Below, piece after piece: positions 13,150 to 27,999 of a DNA stretch of 64,000 bases. Source of the stretch: Eledone cirrhosa (taxonomy: Eukaryota). The notes beneath the pieces are model-generated. The model ran no database searches. It saw nothing but the letters and a program-made list of their open reading frames with translations, and was not told the origin of the DNA. The position numbers were made by a program, and so were the translations under genes. The first letter of the stretch is position 1; each line of letters starts with the position of its first letter. The DNA is taken from positions 191,518,001 to 191,582,000 of the forward strand of contig OZ024743.1 of NCBI GenBank assembly GCA_964016885.1. The letters run 5' to 3'.

Positions 13150-14150
13150 TTTAAGACCCTTTATTAATCACGTGTTCAATCCGTCAAAGATGCCCTTTCT
13201 GTAAATTTTGACACTCGTGCCACTACTGCAGAAACTATACAGGTGTTGAAGGGCAACCCTCTCAAACTGTGACAAATAAAAGCCGTATAAGCATATACGC
13301 ACATCGTCGGTGTGCGTGTATGACAATGATGGTGGACAGCAATGAAGATCGGGGTAGACTGCACCGTTCTAATAGAATATGAAATAGTAACAGGAGGGCA
13401 TAAACAGCAAAAATCCGCGGATTTGTAACTTGGCATTTGGAGAGACAATTCCATGTCATCAGACAGCCTCGTGGGGCACTATGGATGTAGTTAAGACAGG
13501 AGCACCAGGATGATAGGGATGGAGGACATGATTACGAACAGGGTAGAAAGAAGCTATCATCGAACGGTTGGGCATAGGTGACGAATGCGTATATTCTATC
13601 CTTCACACATTGACATACTTTTTGTGTCGTCAAATTGGCGCCCCTACTCTTTCACTTCATTTGGAAGGGCCGCGTTCTACTGGTCAGGTGCTCCATCAGT
13701 TGTGAAAATCTTCTACGTGGAGGACTAGGAACGGTTGGTTGGTGATGCGCAGTAGTGTTCTGGGGCTGTGGCATTTAAAGACATTCCTAGACGGTGATAC
13801 AATGAAATTATTTTTTTATAGAAATATCTCTTTACAGCTTGTCTCTTTGGCGGGGTTACAGTCTTGAATCAATCAATTATGAAGACTGGATGACTGGCAT
13901 CTGGAATGCTGTCAGACATTCACAGTCTTCTACCTGTCGAGCAATGTGGCCTGTAGAAATCTCACTTAGACATGCTATGGAAGAGCTTTGATGGAGATAA
14001 CGACGATATTCTCGAGGAAATTATGTGGTTCAAATAAGATCAACTGCCAAGTCTGTTCTGTAGAATGTTAGGGTCAGGAACTACGGATAATAAAACAAAT
14101 CGGTTAGATATTGTTGTTAGAGACGACTAAAATACAAAATACCTCTTTAT
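13150..14150 (-). mobile_element. Highly decayed LINE remnant (possibly CR1/L2-like)
   Basis: More balanced GC than the flanks and fragmentary C-terminal-like peptides (WNCLS). No intact motif. Confidence 0.25.
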
Positions 14151-14507
14151 CGAAGCATCAATTCCAACAGACTGCAATCTATGTCTAAATAAATTGCAGA
14201 TATTAACCATATTTAAAGGTTTCGAAATCTAGATAGCCAGACGGTTGGGAGGGAAAACAGCAACAACCTCTATAATTATGGCTTTACGAATGAAAATGAT
14301 ATGCCTGCAGTATAAATTATAACCAAAGCCTCAGAGCATGCAAATATGTACAGTATAGAGAAATGGCACTACTAGACTCATATTATGTACAGAATAGATA
14401 ATATAAAAAATAAATAACATAACCAAAGTGCCACATATTCCCAAGGTTCATAGAATAGTACTCGGCAATTAATTGAAAACATGCAAATTCAAATATCTTT
14501 TATCAGT

Positions 14508-14630
14508 AATAATTGTTTCTACTTTAGGCACAAGGCCAGCAATTATCCAGTGCATTACTGGTACTTTATTTTATCGACCCCGTAAGGATGAAAGGCAAAG
14601 TCAACCTCGGCGGGATTTGAACTCAGATCG
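14508..14630 (-). mobile_element. SINE, family A (partial)
   Basis: B box, core and tail. Confidence 0.8.
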
Positions 14631-15699
14631 TAATGCCATGGAAACAATAAGATAATGGAGATAACCATGATATTTTCAGTTTAGTTTGGAAATAATTGTT
14701 TGGAATATTTTGATTCAGTTAGTATTCTAGTAAGTTCATAAAAACATAAGATTCAATGGTATAATACATTACAATATTTCCTTCCAGCAAGAATGGATAT
14801 GTAATCTTATTAATCCATAGTATTTATTTGTACAGAAGCGTGCTTGTATGTGAAGATGTGTATGGAGGACGAGATGTTAGTATATACGTATGTATTAAAC
14901 AGTTTTAAAATATTTAAAACTACACCTAACGTTAACGTAGCATATTTTCTTAGATAAATAAAATTACCTTGAGTACGAGTATAACATACCCTTCTTATAT
15001 GCCTGCAGATATAATATTAATGTATAATAACATGTATAAGTAGAGTAATGTATGCTTAGGCGTATTTTGATTTTAAAGATGTCAAAATAAAACAGGTAAA
15101 TCAATAATTTACAATATTTTATATACAGAAGAATAGAAAAATATATAAATTAGATATATTACATGGTATTACGTGGCATTACGTGCTTCGCTGATCATTT
15201 GAATGTATTCAGGTGTAAGTTTTTAGCAGAGTTCGCTATTGATATAAATACACCCAGAACAACATACAAGGAAATCAAGTTATGTAAAAGTATATCGGGA
15301 TAAATATATGGGGAAACAAAACTTTATTAATAATAATATGAATAGTATGAATATCTTTATTGGTTACGATAAACTGGAACGCTGGAAATTTAACTGGAAA
15401 TTAAAACAAAAAGAGGTAAAAAATGACAAATTTATGACAACAGAATTTTCCATTAGGAGGGAAAACCCAGGCGTAATTCCAAAGATCCGAGATATCTCCC
15501 GATTTCCAAGGTCACTATAAGTAAGAGCCCCTCTCCTCTCTATTCACTCCAACCTACACACACATGCTTACAATTAGGCCCATTCACTCATCTTTTAATA
15601 CATTTTCTGCACTTTCCTCTCCACCTTCACCTTCCTTTCCACGTAGAACTTTTAAATGGACTTGATATGGACTTGGACAAAGATGAATGCTTCTGACTT

Positions 15700-16124
15700 A
15701 AGTCCTTTCAGCCTCGTCTAACACAAAACCTCTTTCGTTATTGCAACTATGCAGAGGAGAGCAGCCTGTCCCTTCCCGGTTAAAACAAAGCGGTGGTATA
15801 GTTATCAGGATGGGGTCGGCCGATAGTTGGGTCCATCATACATGCGATATCAGCTGTTTGACAAAATTCCTGCAGGTCCACAATGCACAGACATTGCATT
15901 TAGCAGAGATACGAGCAAAAATTGTGGATGTGGTCAACATTGTTCCGTTTTTTCTCAGTATTGCCGCTGCTCCTCGGATCACAAAACTAAGGATTCTCCC
16001 GTTCTGCTACCATTATAATCAGCCGATTTATACTTTAGAAAATACTATATATTTTCAACAGTTCAAACGAGTAGCAGAGAAGTATACAGTCCTGGTGAAG
16101 GGAAATAACCCAGAAACATGTTGA
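15700..16124 (+). pseudogene. Possible decayed LINE ORF1 (gag-like) fragment
   Basis: Frameshifted peptides including NCGCGQHCSVFSQYC, reminiscent of the terminal zinc knuckle of I-group ORF1. Confidence 0.25.
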
Positions 16125-17667
16125 CCATTCTTCGATGCTGAACAAACGGATGACGATAGTCATCAAAAACAAAACTAACATATTGAGGCCGTTTGCTTGC
16201 AAACGAATCGAATATTATTATTACTGTTATTCGATATAAAACCCATGATTACATTTATGTAATCCGCTATGTTAGAGTGAACAATCAAATTTTTTCCACA
16301 GTGAGCCAGTCGTGGGTGGTCTCTAATTATGTCATCACCTTATACACATATGTCAGCACCTTATATGACCACATTAAATAATTAAACCAGACGTCTGTGA
16401 CCTTATCTTGTCTAGTTGCCTTCTATTTATTTGTTTTTGTAGAGTCTGGGATTTTTTGTGGTGTTACAGCCTTTCAGATTCTGTGTTCGTTGATTTGAAT
16501 ATTATTCATAACGATTCAATTGATAAATTGTTCTTGCTGTTGGTTTTCAATTCATTTCTATTTTATTTTTAACTAGTTGTGATAAAATCGTTTAAGATTG
16601 GAGTCAAGCTGTTTGTTTTAGTCAAAGAATCGTTGTCGTGATTCATATAGACCGGTTTTTACGATTTAGTAAGGATTTATTTCAAACATACTTTGATTTA
16701 AGACATAATATTTAGAAATATTATATTTCGTTTTTTTTTCAGTTGTGGTGTTTCATTCCTGATTTAATTGAAGAGCGAGTGATCTTTTTTTTATTTGTTA
16801 TTTTTGCATTATGTTTATTTTGCCTTTTATTTACAATATTTCTATATGTGACCTGAAGGAAAAACTTTTTTCCTTTGTAACCGTGTCTGATTCAAATATT
16901 ATTACGTTTCACCTAGAGATATTAATTTTTATCTCTATTTCCATTAAGTATGTGATGGCCATGTTTTATTTGTTTGTTTGCTTTTTACTATTTAGCGTTG
17001 AATGTTATCATTAGGAGGTAATTTCGTTAGTCCAAAGAAAGATCTATTATTTTTATTTCTTTGTTCTTTCTTTAAAGTGTTCTATTTTGATTTTTGATTC
17101 TTCTCACTTTGAAAATGCATCTTTTCAAGTTAGCATTGCTGTTGGGCTCTAACATTATATTTATACCCGAATTATGTCCCTTTCAAGTTTTATACGACTA
17201 CATTGTTGTAGTTTCGTTTTCCTGGTACATTATGGATGTAAAATAGATATTCAGATTAGAAACGGTTCTGATGCATCTATTAATACCTTTACTATTTTTT
17301 ATAGGCTTGATGTTTAAACTAGGGGTTTAAAGACAACCTAGGTTTCTTCGTATTTTATAAACAATTTGTATCGAGTGTCTGTTCTACTCCTGATTATGTG
17401 ATGTTAATAGGATATGTGCATCGATTGCCATACTTTCGTCTTTACTATCAATCCGGAGCTCCTTAGCCACTTGTGTTTATTCTCTTGATCTCCGTTCTTT
17501 TAAGTTTTCTGCAATTGCAGCTGGCCATAATGTTTTATCTTTTGTTTCAATTCTTCAGTGTGAATGGTAGTCACTTGTTGGTGGGGTTTCTGGAGCATCA
17601 AACATTTTTGTGAATTGTGTAACTTCTTTCTTGATGCAGTATATCTATTTTATTATTTGGAGTACTA

Positions 17668-17890
17668 GGGCGGTGGATTGGCAGTATCGGTAGAGAGTCG
17701 GACACTATGCTTTGCAGCATAGAGTTACGGTTCTTTACGGTCTGAGTTCAAATCCCGCCGAGGTTAACTTTACATTTCATCCTTATGGGGTCGATAAAAT
17801 AAAGCACCTGTAACATACTTGGGTCGATTTAATCGACCACCCCCTCGCTCGAATTACTGGCCTTGTGCCTATATTAGAAACTATTATTTG
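17668..17890 (+). mobile_element. Full-length tRNA-derived SINE, family A
   Basis: Head with A and B boxes, core, gtcgatttaatcgac hairpin and tail. Confidence 0.88.
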
Positions 17891-19204
17891 AAGTACTGAG
17901 CCATCTGTTTTTACTAGGTATGCATCAAGTTCAATAATAGTAGTCGGGAATGTGAGCACGACAAATACATAGTAATGTTAATGATTTGAGAACAGGGGAA
18001 TGGAAAGATCTAATAACGTGTGTTGCTAGTAATAAACATTTTTAACTATTTGCATTTAAATATATTTTATTAAATTAAATAATATAGTTTATAGGTGTTT
18101 ATATATTTTAAATTGAATCAATCCTAGCATACCTATTTCTAACTTTGATATAAACTAACCGCTATATCTAGCTTGCTAGGCATTTCATCGACTCCTGAGA
18201 TCAATCCCAGTGAGATTAGAACTCATTCAGATTGTTTACTTTACAAATTATTTTGCCTGTATATATTATGATTTCTCATATTGGCAAATTGCCATTAATT
18301 TTATGGAAGGCGTTTAACCTAAATATTTAGCAGGTAATTGACCATGGAGTGATGTAATACAAACTTTGACCACAGCATTATTTAACCTCAAACGTAGATG
18401 GGTAAGACACGTTGCTATTACATATGGAATTATGTTACACAATTTATAACCCTCCACTACTTTTATAAAACTCGTAATTATATCTGCAAACACTCCAAGG
18501 TATAGTCGATCTGGTTGACCTAACATATTAATAATTATTATTTTATTGGCAACAATATGAAAGACAATCAATATCAGTGGCATTTTAAACTCAGAATCTT
18601 GAATTTATCGAACCATAAAGCATATAAGCATATATGTCAGCTCTTCAGCTTTTGTGCCAAAATAAGACTTATCAATCCATTAACTTCTTCATTCGAATTG
18701 GTATGCTTGTATGTGGTTGACGATCTGTATATTTGGCAGCGGAAAACTGATACCTTCCAACAATATATTTGCTGACATTGGATGTAACGAATTCCCTTCA
18801 TAATTTTCACAATAAATGCGAGCCCTTTGACTATATTCGAATTATAATTCAGTCATGCAACAGAAGTAATGATACTTCAAACAAATATCAAGGAAAATAA
18901 GAATTGATAATATCAATTATGTTTAGAAATGATAAGTTTTAGTAGCAAGAAGAAAGAGGTAGAAATTTGTTTCTCTAATATATATCCTGTCATACATGAG
19001 ATTATGAGAATAGTTTGACGAACATAAATAATTGTACGAGAATTCTAAAAATGTGACGACTAACGCACAGAGACTCCGAGACATTTTGGGAGGGGGAAAC
19101 GTAGGAAGACATCATGACTCGTGAGCTGGTACAAGATGGGCAGATTAATAAGATGGATGACAGATCACTTTTTCCAGTCATAAACAGGCATACTTCATTT
19201 AAAA

Positions 19205-19352
19205 GAGTTTCACAGTTTCCGTTTATGCAATTTTACCCCAAATGCTAAGGTTTACCCAAGGACATAGTAGATGATACTTGCTTATGGTACTAGACAGTGG
19301 GATAGAACCCGGAATCATGTGATTGCTAATTAAATATGTTAACCACACAACC
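19205..19352 (-). mobile_element. Old tRNA-derived SINE of a second family
   Basis: Minus strand gttgtgtggttaa (A-box-like) and gggttctatccc (B-box-like), followed by a diverged body. Confidence 0.5.
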
Positions 19353-20685
19353 TTACATTCGCCTACATATGTTAAAGTTACAGTTCCTCGTTGTACAAAT
19401 TTGATGGACTTGCTTCTTGTTTATTAAGTAATTTTCATATTAAATAAAGTAATATAAGGGGAACGACTTGGTAAAAAGCCGGATTCTATGTGAGATATAT
19501 ATAATCTACTAATTTGTATCATATCTTTAATGTTGCTGATATCTATTCCATCAACTACCCAGGATCACAAATTTAGTCTTGGGGGCTTGGAAAACAAACT
19601 GAAAAACCCAAACAGCATTAAATGCTTCAAAGCATTTCGTCCGAAGCTCTACTAGATTAGATATCTTCACAGCTTTAAATTATAAAAATATTTCCATTTT
19701 CACAATAAGAAAAGTCTTTTTTTTTTGGGGGGGGGGGAATAATTGAGTACATCAACCCCAGTATGTGATTAGAATTTTAACTTATAGACCTTTGCGGGTT
19801 TGAATACAAGGCCTAAGGGACCATAACTATTTGCCGCAAAGCATTTTGTCCGACGCTCAAAAGAATCTGCCAATCCAAGGACGTCGGTGATGATAATAAT
19901 GGTGATAATAATGAGAAGGGAGATTAGAATGAGGATGAGAGGTAAAAGGAAGTGATCGGAGAGAGGTGGGAGTAGTAGCGAGAGATGGTACTAATATTAA
20001 ACATAATATTAGTACGATATTGCTATTGGCATTAGTGTTACGATATTTTGTATTCAATTACAGAAGTACAAGAGTTATTTCTGTGAATGATAAAAGTGGT
20101 TATGAACGAGGCAAGAATCGGAGTGTTTTCCATGTAGAAACAATGGCGGTAGTAGTGATAATGATAGTCATAGTTGTGCCAGTGTCGGTGAAGATAGATG
20201 GATTCTTTATTGGAATTTTGTTATTTTTGTTATTTTCGTCCAGCCTTAATTAAACAGTACTAAAGATGTTACAACTATAAACGTCACATTTACTTCCTGT
20301 GTACAACAAATCTAAGACCACATAACGCAACGTGCACTACCTTTTAAAACGACATGGTGTAGCTGGAGAGATCTTTGGCTGTTATATTTAGCAGTCGAAA
20401 AAGCATGTAGGGGCTTCCTCATTGGGTTGGGATAATTGTAGTAGCTTGTAGTGGTGGCTGTTAGGGTCGATAATAGTTTTGCGAGTGTATTTGATATTTA
20501 CGACTTCGCATCTAGAGCTGATGTAATTTAAGAATTTTCTGGTAAGCCGGAACCATGCGCTGAATAATAATTGACCAACAGCTCTGCTTTCGAGTGAATC
20601 TATGTGAGAAAAACGAGAAAACAAATTGTACAAGTAACAGCAACGAAAACAACTATAACTACAAGAGCAAAGCCGAAAATAATTA

Positions 20686-20720
<35 letters not shown>

Positions 20721-21009
20721 ATGATGATGATCATATGGATAATGATGATGGTGGTATTGATGACGATGTACCAACAACAACGTATGCCAACATAACTATT
20801 TCAGCAACAACATATATCTTATAGAAAAGGTAAATAACAGAAACAATAACACCTAAATCAACTGCAAATATTAATGCCAACACCAACGTTCAACAAAGAA
20901 TCTACGACAAAATTAACGAGTAAAAATGATAAAAGTGTACATAATATATATATGTATGTGTGTGTGGGGGGGGTGTATATATATGTGTGTGTATCTATAT
21001 GTATATATA

Positions 21010-21079
<70 letters not shown>

Positions 21080-21560
21080 TAAATATTATATATGCATTTA
21101 TATATACGTACATATATACATCCATATATACACACATACACACACATATATCATATGTACGAGAGGAAAATTGTGACAGCAACTATAAAAATAATATAGG
21201 CAGCAACATCAAAAATAGCAAGCGCATTAACGCCATTTACAACCACGGCAATAACAAGAAGGCCATCACAACGGCATCACTGTCAAAAGTACTTTTAACG
21301 ACACTAACACATCGTCCATGCAGGAGCGAATATTTGGTTGGTTGATTTGCTAGAACTATCGGCCAACTCTCATTAAAATAAAAGAACACATTGGATAATG
21401 CAAAAGTAAAGGATTCTTGATCATAGGTCTACTGAACAGTGTAACTCTTAAGCTAAACAACATCAACAATCGGAATACAATCGCATCTATAGCAAATAGC
21501 AAATTTTAAAATTATATCAAATCAACAAAAGAATAAAACGCACAATTCAAACGTAATCTA

Positions 21561-22089
21561 TCTATATAATACTAAAAGTCTATGATTGCTTGCTTGTCTG
21601 TAATGTAATACAGCCAAAAGGGTGAATAATGGGAACATTCTTTGAAGGAAGTTAACTCTGAAATGGGAATGCAAATGGACTAAAACAAGTTTCGCGTAAA
21701 CCGGACCACGGATTCCCAAGATATGGTTTTTTTCCGGGTACCTTCATAAACAAAGAGAAAAATAGAGAGGAAGAGATAGTGGTTGTGACAGAGTAGATTG
21801 AAAGAAAGACAGAGAAAGAGGGAGAGGAGGGAGTGAAGGAGAATGGAAGAGAGCTAGTTGTTTTGTTGTATATATTTAAGTGAGAGTGTGTGTGTATATA
21901 TATATGAGCGTGTATATGTGTGTGTGTCTATGACCAGTGTATATAGATCACGGACAACCATATATATATATATATATACAGTTTCATTTCACATTATATA
22001 CATGTTTTAGAATTATTTAAAAATTATTTCTAAGTGAACATGATTTTTTTTTTAAATATTTTTAAGTGAACGTGTCACGGGTGGTCTAG
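21561..22089 (+). mobile_element. Probable non-autonomous Helitron
   Basis: Starts TC (tctatataatactaaaag) after an A and ends CTAG before a T. Subterminal gtga/tcac hairpin, internal microsatellites, no TSD. Confidence 0.55.
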
Positions 22090-22217
22090 TACTATATATA
22101 TAATTACATGGCACAATAGAACAATGGTTTCAAGTGATTATGAAGGAACATGAAAGGCCTTTTAACTATATATATATAGGATTCAATGATAGGCACATAT
22201 TTTCATGGTCCTATGTC

Positions 22218-22282
<65 letters not shown>

Positions 22283-22342
22283 ACAAAATGTGGAGAGGAA
22301 GCACACGAGTTAGGATTTATATATATGAAAACAGGGAGAAAC

Positions 22343-22960
22343 AGACGATCATTAGGAATAAAAAAAAATTGTTCCCTTTTTATTTATTTCTCTCTTTTTT
22401 CTGGGTTAGAAAATGATTAAAACTAAATATTTTACTTTGTGTGAAGTGTTGAGGTATTAGTTGATTTATTTATTAATTAACAATGGCATTTATTTATTCA
22501 TTTATATATTTAATAATTGTCTATTAATGGTTTCAGCATTTTTATGCATTATCAAATGATAGTGACATGTATTGGTGTAGAATGGTGGTGTTGGACATGT
22601 TAAAGAAATGGTGCAGAAAGAATAATGTTATTTACAAACAAGGTTTATGAAGTGAAAAGAAAAAAGAAAAAAGAAAAAAGAAAAAAAGGGGCGTAATGTG
22701 GAGTATAAAAAGTCAATGTGAAAGAAAAAATAATGTTATTTACAAGCATAGTTCATGAAGTTAAGCAGATCAAAATGTGTTAATATAGCAAGGGGGCTTA
22801 GTTGATCCATGATGGAGGCAAATGGTGGACTGGGGTTTAATAAGATTTCCCTTTTTAGGCAGTTAATATGCCGGAGGAGCTAATTCATGCTGGATGATAT
22901 TCATAGAGAGAAAGAGATAAAAAGGGAAAAAAATATGTTTTTCTTCCTAATGATCGTCTT
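22343..22960. repeat. Old inverted-repeat remnant in (TA)n
   Basis: agacgatcattagga...tctctct at 22343-22395 is the imperfect reverse complement of 22905-22960. Confidence 0.55.
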
Positions 22961-22961
22961 T

Positions 22962-23002
<41 letters not shown>

Positions 23003-23099
23003 ATATACATGTGTATGTATGTGTGTATATGTATATATGTACATATGAGTGTGCAGGTGGGTATGTACGTATATGCTATATCTCTCATTCACTCACGAG

Positions 23100-23490
23100 T
23101 GAGTTTCCTCGATCCAATGAACAGTATTATTTCCACTTGTCTCGATCTAGCATTATCACTACAAGATCCGTTAAATTTCTTCCCGTGTTAGCATATAGTA
23201 TATTCAGATATGATGCGCAGGCTTCCATTTAAGAACACGGCTGGGACACTCGTTTTTTGCCCTGTAACCATGACCCACAAAACGTATCCTTGTTAGACGA
23301 ACAATATCCGACACGGGAGGACTATCTAGATAGGATTCTCCATTTGTGACTTTCTGTTGCCAAGATATGTTGAGAGCGTGTCTCAGGAGTCTTGTGCAAC
23401 ATCCATTTAGTCTTTTTTTTTCGAGCGTTTTATTAAGCGTCCATGCTTCCTATCCGTAGAGTAGCACACTTTCAACTGTATGTCGAACAC
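23100..23490 (-). mobile_element. RTE-type LINE 3' fragment
   Basis: Frameshifted minus-strand peptide VESVLLYG-EAWTLNK...LLRHALNISWQQKVTN, typical of the region after RT in RTE elements. Confidence 0.7.
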
Positions 23491-23730
23491 TCAACATTCA
23501 ATATATAATCAAAACACAGAAATATAGAAACATTCTAACCTTACACTGCACCTGTTAGCGCATACGTTTCGTCGTGTCTCAAGAAAATATCTTCACACAT
23601 TACTGTTATGTCTTTCTAATTTTTAAAGGTAATATTTGGTCGTAATTTAGATAGATAGATACATAGATAGACAGACAGAAAGAGAGACGGGAAAATAAAA
23701 AGAAGATAAACAGATCAATCGATAGATAAA

Positions 23731-24269
23731 TTACTTTATTAGCCACAAGGGCACAAAAGAAGGGGACAAATACAAATGGGGAGTTTACATACAGGTATAT
23801 GAAAATAAAACTATTAATAAAACAACAAATAACAATTGAAATCCCCAATAGGGGGGGGGTTACACAGGGGTTGTACACACCCCGAAAAAATGTACAACCC
23901 TCATCTCCAGGAACACCAAGAGTGAGTACTCCCTTCCTCTCTTCCTCTTTTTCCTCAACCTACAGGCTTATATAGAGAGAAGGCTCAACCACTCGGGCCA
24001 TCTTTGCCACATTCACCCACCTTTTATAAAATTTGCTGAGGTACAGTACCTCTCTCTCCATCCTGATTCTTCTTCCAAAATGATATTTGAAAAGACGAAT
24101 CAGTTGCTCGCCGGAGATAAAGGTGTCTGACCTCATCCCTTTTAACCTCGTCCACCATATAACCTCTTTCACCATAACCATAACACATAGGAAAACCGCT
24201 TCTCCCTCGTTTTTGAAGGAGGGTGGCAGTTTGATCATGACATAGCCCCACAGGTCGCTAACGCCTGGG
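23731..24269 (-). mobile_element. Tx1-clade element copy 1 (5'-truncated, about 0.54 kb)
   Basis: ORF2 C-terminus (EVIWWTRLKG...ARVVEPSLYISL) plus 3' UTR and AATAAA. GATA repeats on both sides. Confidence 0.9.
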
Positions 24270-24527
24270 AGAGATAGATAAATAGATATGTTTCTTTATT
24301 AGCCACAGGGGCACAAAAGAAGGGGACAAATACAAAGGGGGAAGTTTACATACAATAAAAACGTGTAAAATATTATCACAAATGCAATTTAAAAAGTTAG
24401 TCGATTTTCCCCAATAGGGGGAGACAGTTTATATGGGTAACACATACCCCCGAAAAAATGTGCAACCCTCATCTCCAGGAGTACGAAGAGTTTGTACTCC
24501 TTTCCTCTCCTCCTCCTTTTTCTCAAC

Positions 24528-27500
24528 CTACAGGCTGATATAGAGAGAAGGCCCATTCACTCGGGCCATTCTCGCCACTTTCACCCACCTTTCATAAAAC
24601 TTGCTGGGGTACAGCACCTCTCTCCCCATCCTGATTCTTTTTCCAAAGTGGTATTTGAAAAAAAGAATCAGTTGTTGGCCGGAGAGAAAGGTGTCTGACC
24701 TCAGCCCTTTCAACCTCGTCCCCCATACAACCTCTTTCGCCATAGCTATCACAGAAAGGAAAACCGCCTCTCCGTTTTTGAAGGAGGGTGGCGGTTTGAT
24801 CATGACAATGGACTCGGTGGTCAACCGGATTGGTCCCACCCGCGACAATAGTCGTTCTACATAGCCCCACAGGTCAGTGACGCCCGGGCAGTGTATGAAT
24901 GCGTGCGCGACGGTTTCTTCGTCTCCCACGCACCACGGACAGATCTTTTATGCAGGGTCCCTTCCCGGGCGCCCATGTCTGTAGAGCTTGTCTCGAACTG
25001 GTAGAGCTCCTCGGTAGCACTGCCAGGCCAGGGACTTTTGGAAGTTGTCCATCGGTCCCGGGGGGAAGGTCCTACCTAACAGACTGGACTGTTCATCTTC
25101 CTCTACGCCTAGAGTTTCACCGAGCGCGTCGTCGCACTTGCTGCGGATCAACCCTCTATAGAATGACGAAGTGGAAGCTCCACTGATCGCCGGGTCCGCC
25201 TGCCAGAGGGCTGTGAGCGCCTGAGCACATTCGATGTGCCAGTCGCCCAATTTCCTCGGTCTTTGCTTGACCCAGGACTGCAGCTCGGTCAACGAGACGA
25301 GTCGTGGGAAGGCTCGCCTCACGAACGGGGCCCACACCGGTTGTCCGGTGAGGAATACGTAGAGATGCCGCAGCCTGAGCGCGTGTTTTCGCATCGTCAA
25401 CCACGGCATCCCCAGCCCTCCGTTAGAAGGGTGTTGGCAGCAGATGGATCTTCTCACCAAAGGAGCGCGCCTCTTCCAAAAGGAATTGGAAGAGCGAGCG
25501 CTCCATTTTGGCGAGCGTTTTGGCTGGACAAAGCACGACGGTCAAGCGGTAGTAGATGGCGGACGCTATAAAAGTGTTCGCCACCTCCGCTCGACCTTTC
25601 AAGGATAGTTTGCACTCGGCCCACTTCTGGGTGAGTGCAAACACCTTGGCCGTCACTTCGTTCCAGTTCTTCTCCACCTGGAGGTCCGGACCAAACCAGA
25701 CCCCGAGCAGCTTTACCGGTCCTTCCGTCCAGCGTCCGATGACGCCATCGGAAGGCATCGGTTTGCCTCTCCACGATCTGAGTTGCAAACAGATGGACTT
25801 GTCCCGGTTCAGCTTCGCTCCTGTGAAACTTTCGTATTCCTTCAGTAAGGTGCCGACTTCTTCGATTTGCGAGGCGCTCGACACCATTACTGTCACGTCG
25901 TCGGCGTAGACCGACGCCGCTTTCCGCAGTCCCGGTTCAAGAGGGATGCCCTGCAATAGCTCCAACTTCCGCAGTAGTGGCTCGAGAGTCAGTACGTACA
26001 GAAGGGAGGAGAGAAGGCATCCCTGTCGAATGGATCGCGTAATATGGAACGGCTCCGAGAGGTAGCCGTTCACCTTGACCCTTGAGCAGATGTTGCTGTT
26101 GTGCATTGCAGCAATCCAGCCCTTGAACACGGGTCCGAAGCCTGCCGCCTCGAGCACCGCACCCAGGTAGCGATGGTCAACCCTATCGAAAGCCTTAGAT
26201 TGATCCAAGTTGATCAGGGCCCCACCGAAGCCGGGTTTACACCCTACCCTCTCTATGATGTATCGGATGAGGTGGATGTTGTCGTGTATGGACCTGGTCG
26301 GGATTGCGCATGTCTGCGCTTCTCCCACCAGGTTCTCGACGACAAGCGCCCGCCTCTTTGCCAACACCTTGGCCAAAATCTGTAACTCTGTGTTTAGCAG
26401 AGTTATGGGCCGGAAATTGTCTGTCATCCCCCTTATTCTCGTCCTTCCTGATTAGTGTGACTACGCCCCCGGTTACAGAACTGGGAATTCTCCCGTTCTG
26501 TTGCCAATTGCAGTAGACCGCTTCCAGGAGACCGAAGAATAAGTCCGGCATTGCTACGTAAAATTCGTAAGGTAGACCGTCGAGACCTGGAAATGTGCGT
26601 TTGCCGCATTGGCTCAGGGCGTCCCCTATCTCAGCGGCTGAAATCGGCTTTTCGCAGAACTTTGCCTCGCTGTCCGAGAGTCGCGGTAGGCCGTCGAGGT
26701 ATGGACCGAAATCCATAGCCCCTCCCGGCGCGCTGCCCCGCCCGAACAGTTGAGCAAAGTGCCGCTGAAAGGCCGCACACATCTTCTTCGACTCACGTAT
26801 CACGCGTCCGTTTTGGTCCTTCAAAGACCGAATCGTGGACTTGTTGCCACTTTTTGCTTCCGTCACTCGGGCCCAGCTAACAGCTTTGGCTCCCTCGTTT
26901 CCCAGAGCACGTATTTTGCTTCTGACAACGCAGCCATCGTGCTTTGCGTCGAAGAACTGGTCCAAGGCCGTTCTCGTTGCTAGCACGCTGGCTACGTTGC
27001 CACTTCTAATTGCCTCTTCTACTTTATCTACCAGTTCCTTCTCTGTTCTATTTCTATCTAACGCTAATTCTTTACTAAAAACTAACGAGTCTAATCTAAC
27101 TGCCCTCTTGAGAGAGTACCACCATCTGTTGTTGACAATGGCCCCTGTCAAGTGCTGTTTAACTAAAGTGCTAATCCGTCTACTGTAGGCTTTGCTTGTC
27201 GGTAACGACAAGTTCAGCTTCCAGTAGCCGGGTCCTTGTCTATGGGTTCTATCAAGGTTGGCCATGCAGGTCACTAGTTTGTGATCTGAATAGGCAACCA
27301 TGAACATTTGTGGACAGCTTAACATGTCCCTATCCTTATTTCTAACTAGAACCCTATCTAGGTACGATCTAGATGTTCCGCTACGATTAGTCCACGTCCA
27401 CAGTGGCGCAGTCGGAAAATCTAGTCGATATCTATCGGCCAGGTCAAATCGGTCGATTAACTGTTTGAGGCTGTTACACCCCCCTTTATCGGGACATGCT

Positions 27501-27966
27501 CCCACATAGTCCCAACGTGCATCTAGGATTCCATTCCAGTCCCCCACTAAAAGCAAGGAGAGGGACGTTCCCAGAAAAGTCTCTAGACGTTTGAAGAAGT
27601 CTGGCCGCGGTGTCCCGGATGGGGCATATGCGGCCACCAGCCTGAAGGCTCCACCTTCACTACCGTCAACGTCTAGGACCACCAGTCGACCCTCCGGGTC
27701 CAGATGTACCGTCTGTGTTACGAGGCCCAGGTGTTTTCGCAGCAAAACGGCAACTCCGCCCCCACCCCCACTCCCAGTTGACAGAGAGATGCGTAGATCT
27801 CAAAGTCATCGAAGATGGGGGCCAGCTGTCGCTCGCTGTGGATCCTGGACTCGCAAATCGCTACCACATCCATACTGTGCGACCTGAGGTCGTTTAAGAA
27901 TTTGCCCTGTTTCAAAGGCATCCCCAGGCCGCGTACGTTCACACATCCAACTCTTATATTGGCCAT
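24528..27966 (-). pseudogene. ORF2 of copy 2: APE endonuclease, reverse transcriptase, CCHC zinc finger; several frameshifts
   Basis: Motifs NVRGL, GDWN, SYLDR, SDH, GPGYWKLN, FRPITLLN, DQSKAFDRVDH, RQGC, YADD, ETVAHAFIHC across ORF-track fragments. Confidence 0.92.
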
Positions 27967-27999
27967 GTTGGTGCTGAAAAGTTAAAAGAGGAAAAGAGA

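Noticed and set aside
17668-17760. tRNA gene calls at SINE heads
   Set aside because: A and B boxes are present but the cloverleaf is broken and each is fused to a shared SINE body.
20594-20824. Ser/Asp/Asn-rich ORF
   Set aside because: Explained by (AGT)n and (GAT)n trinucleotide repeats.
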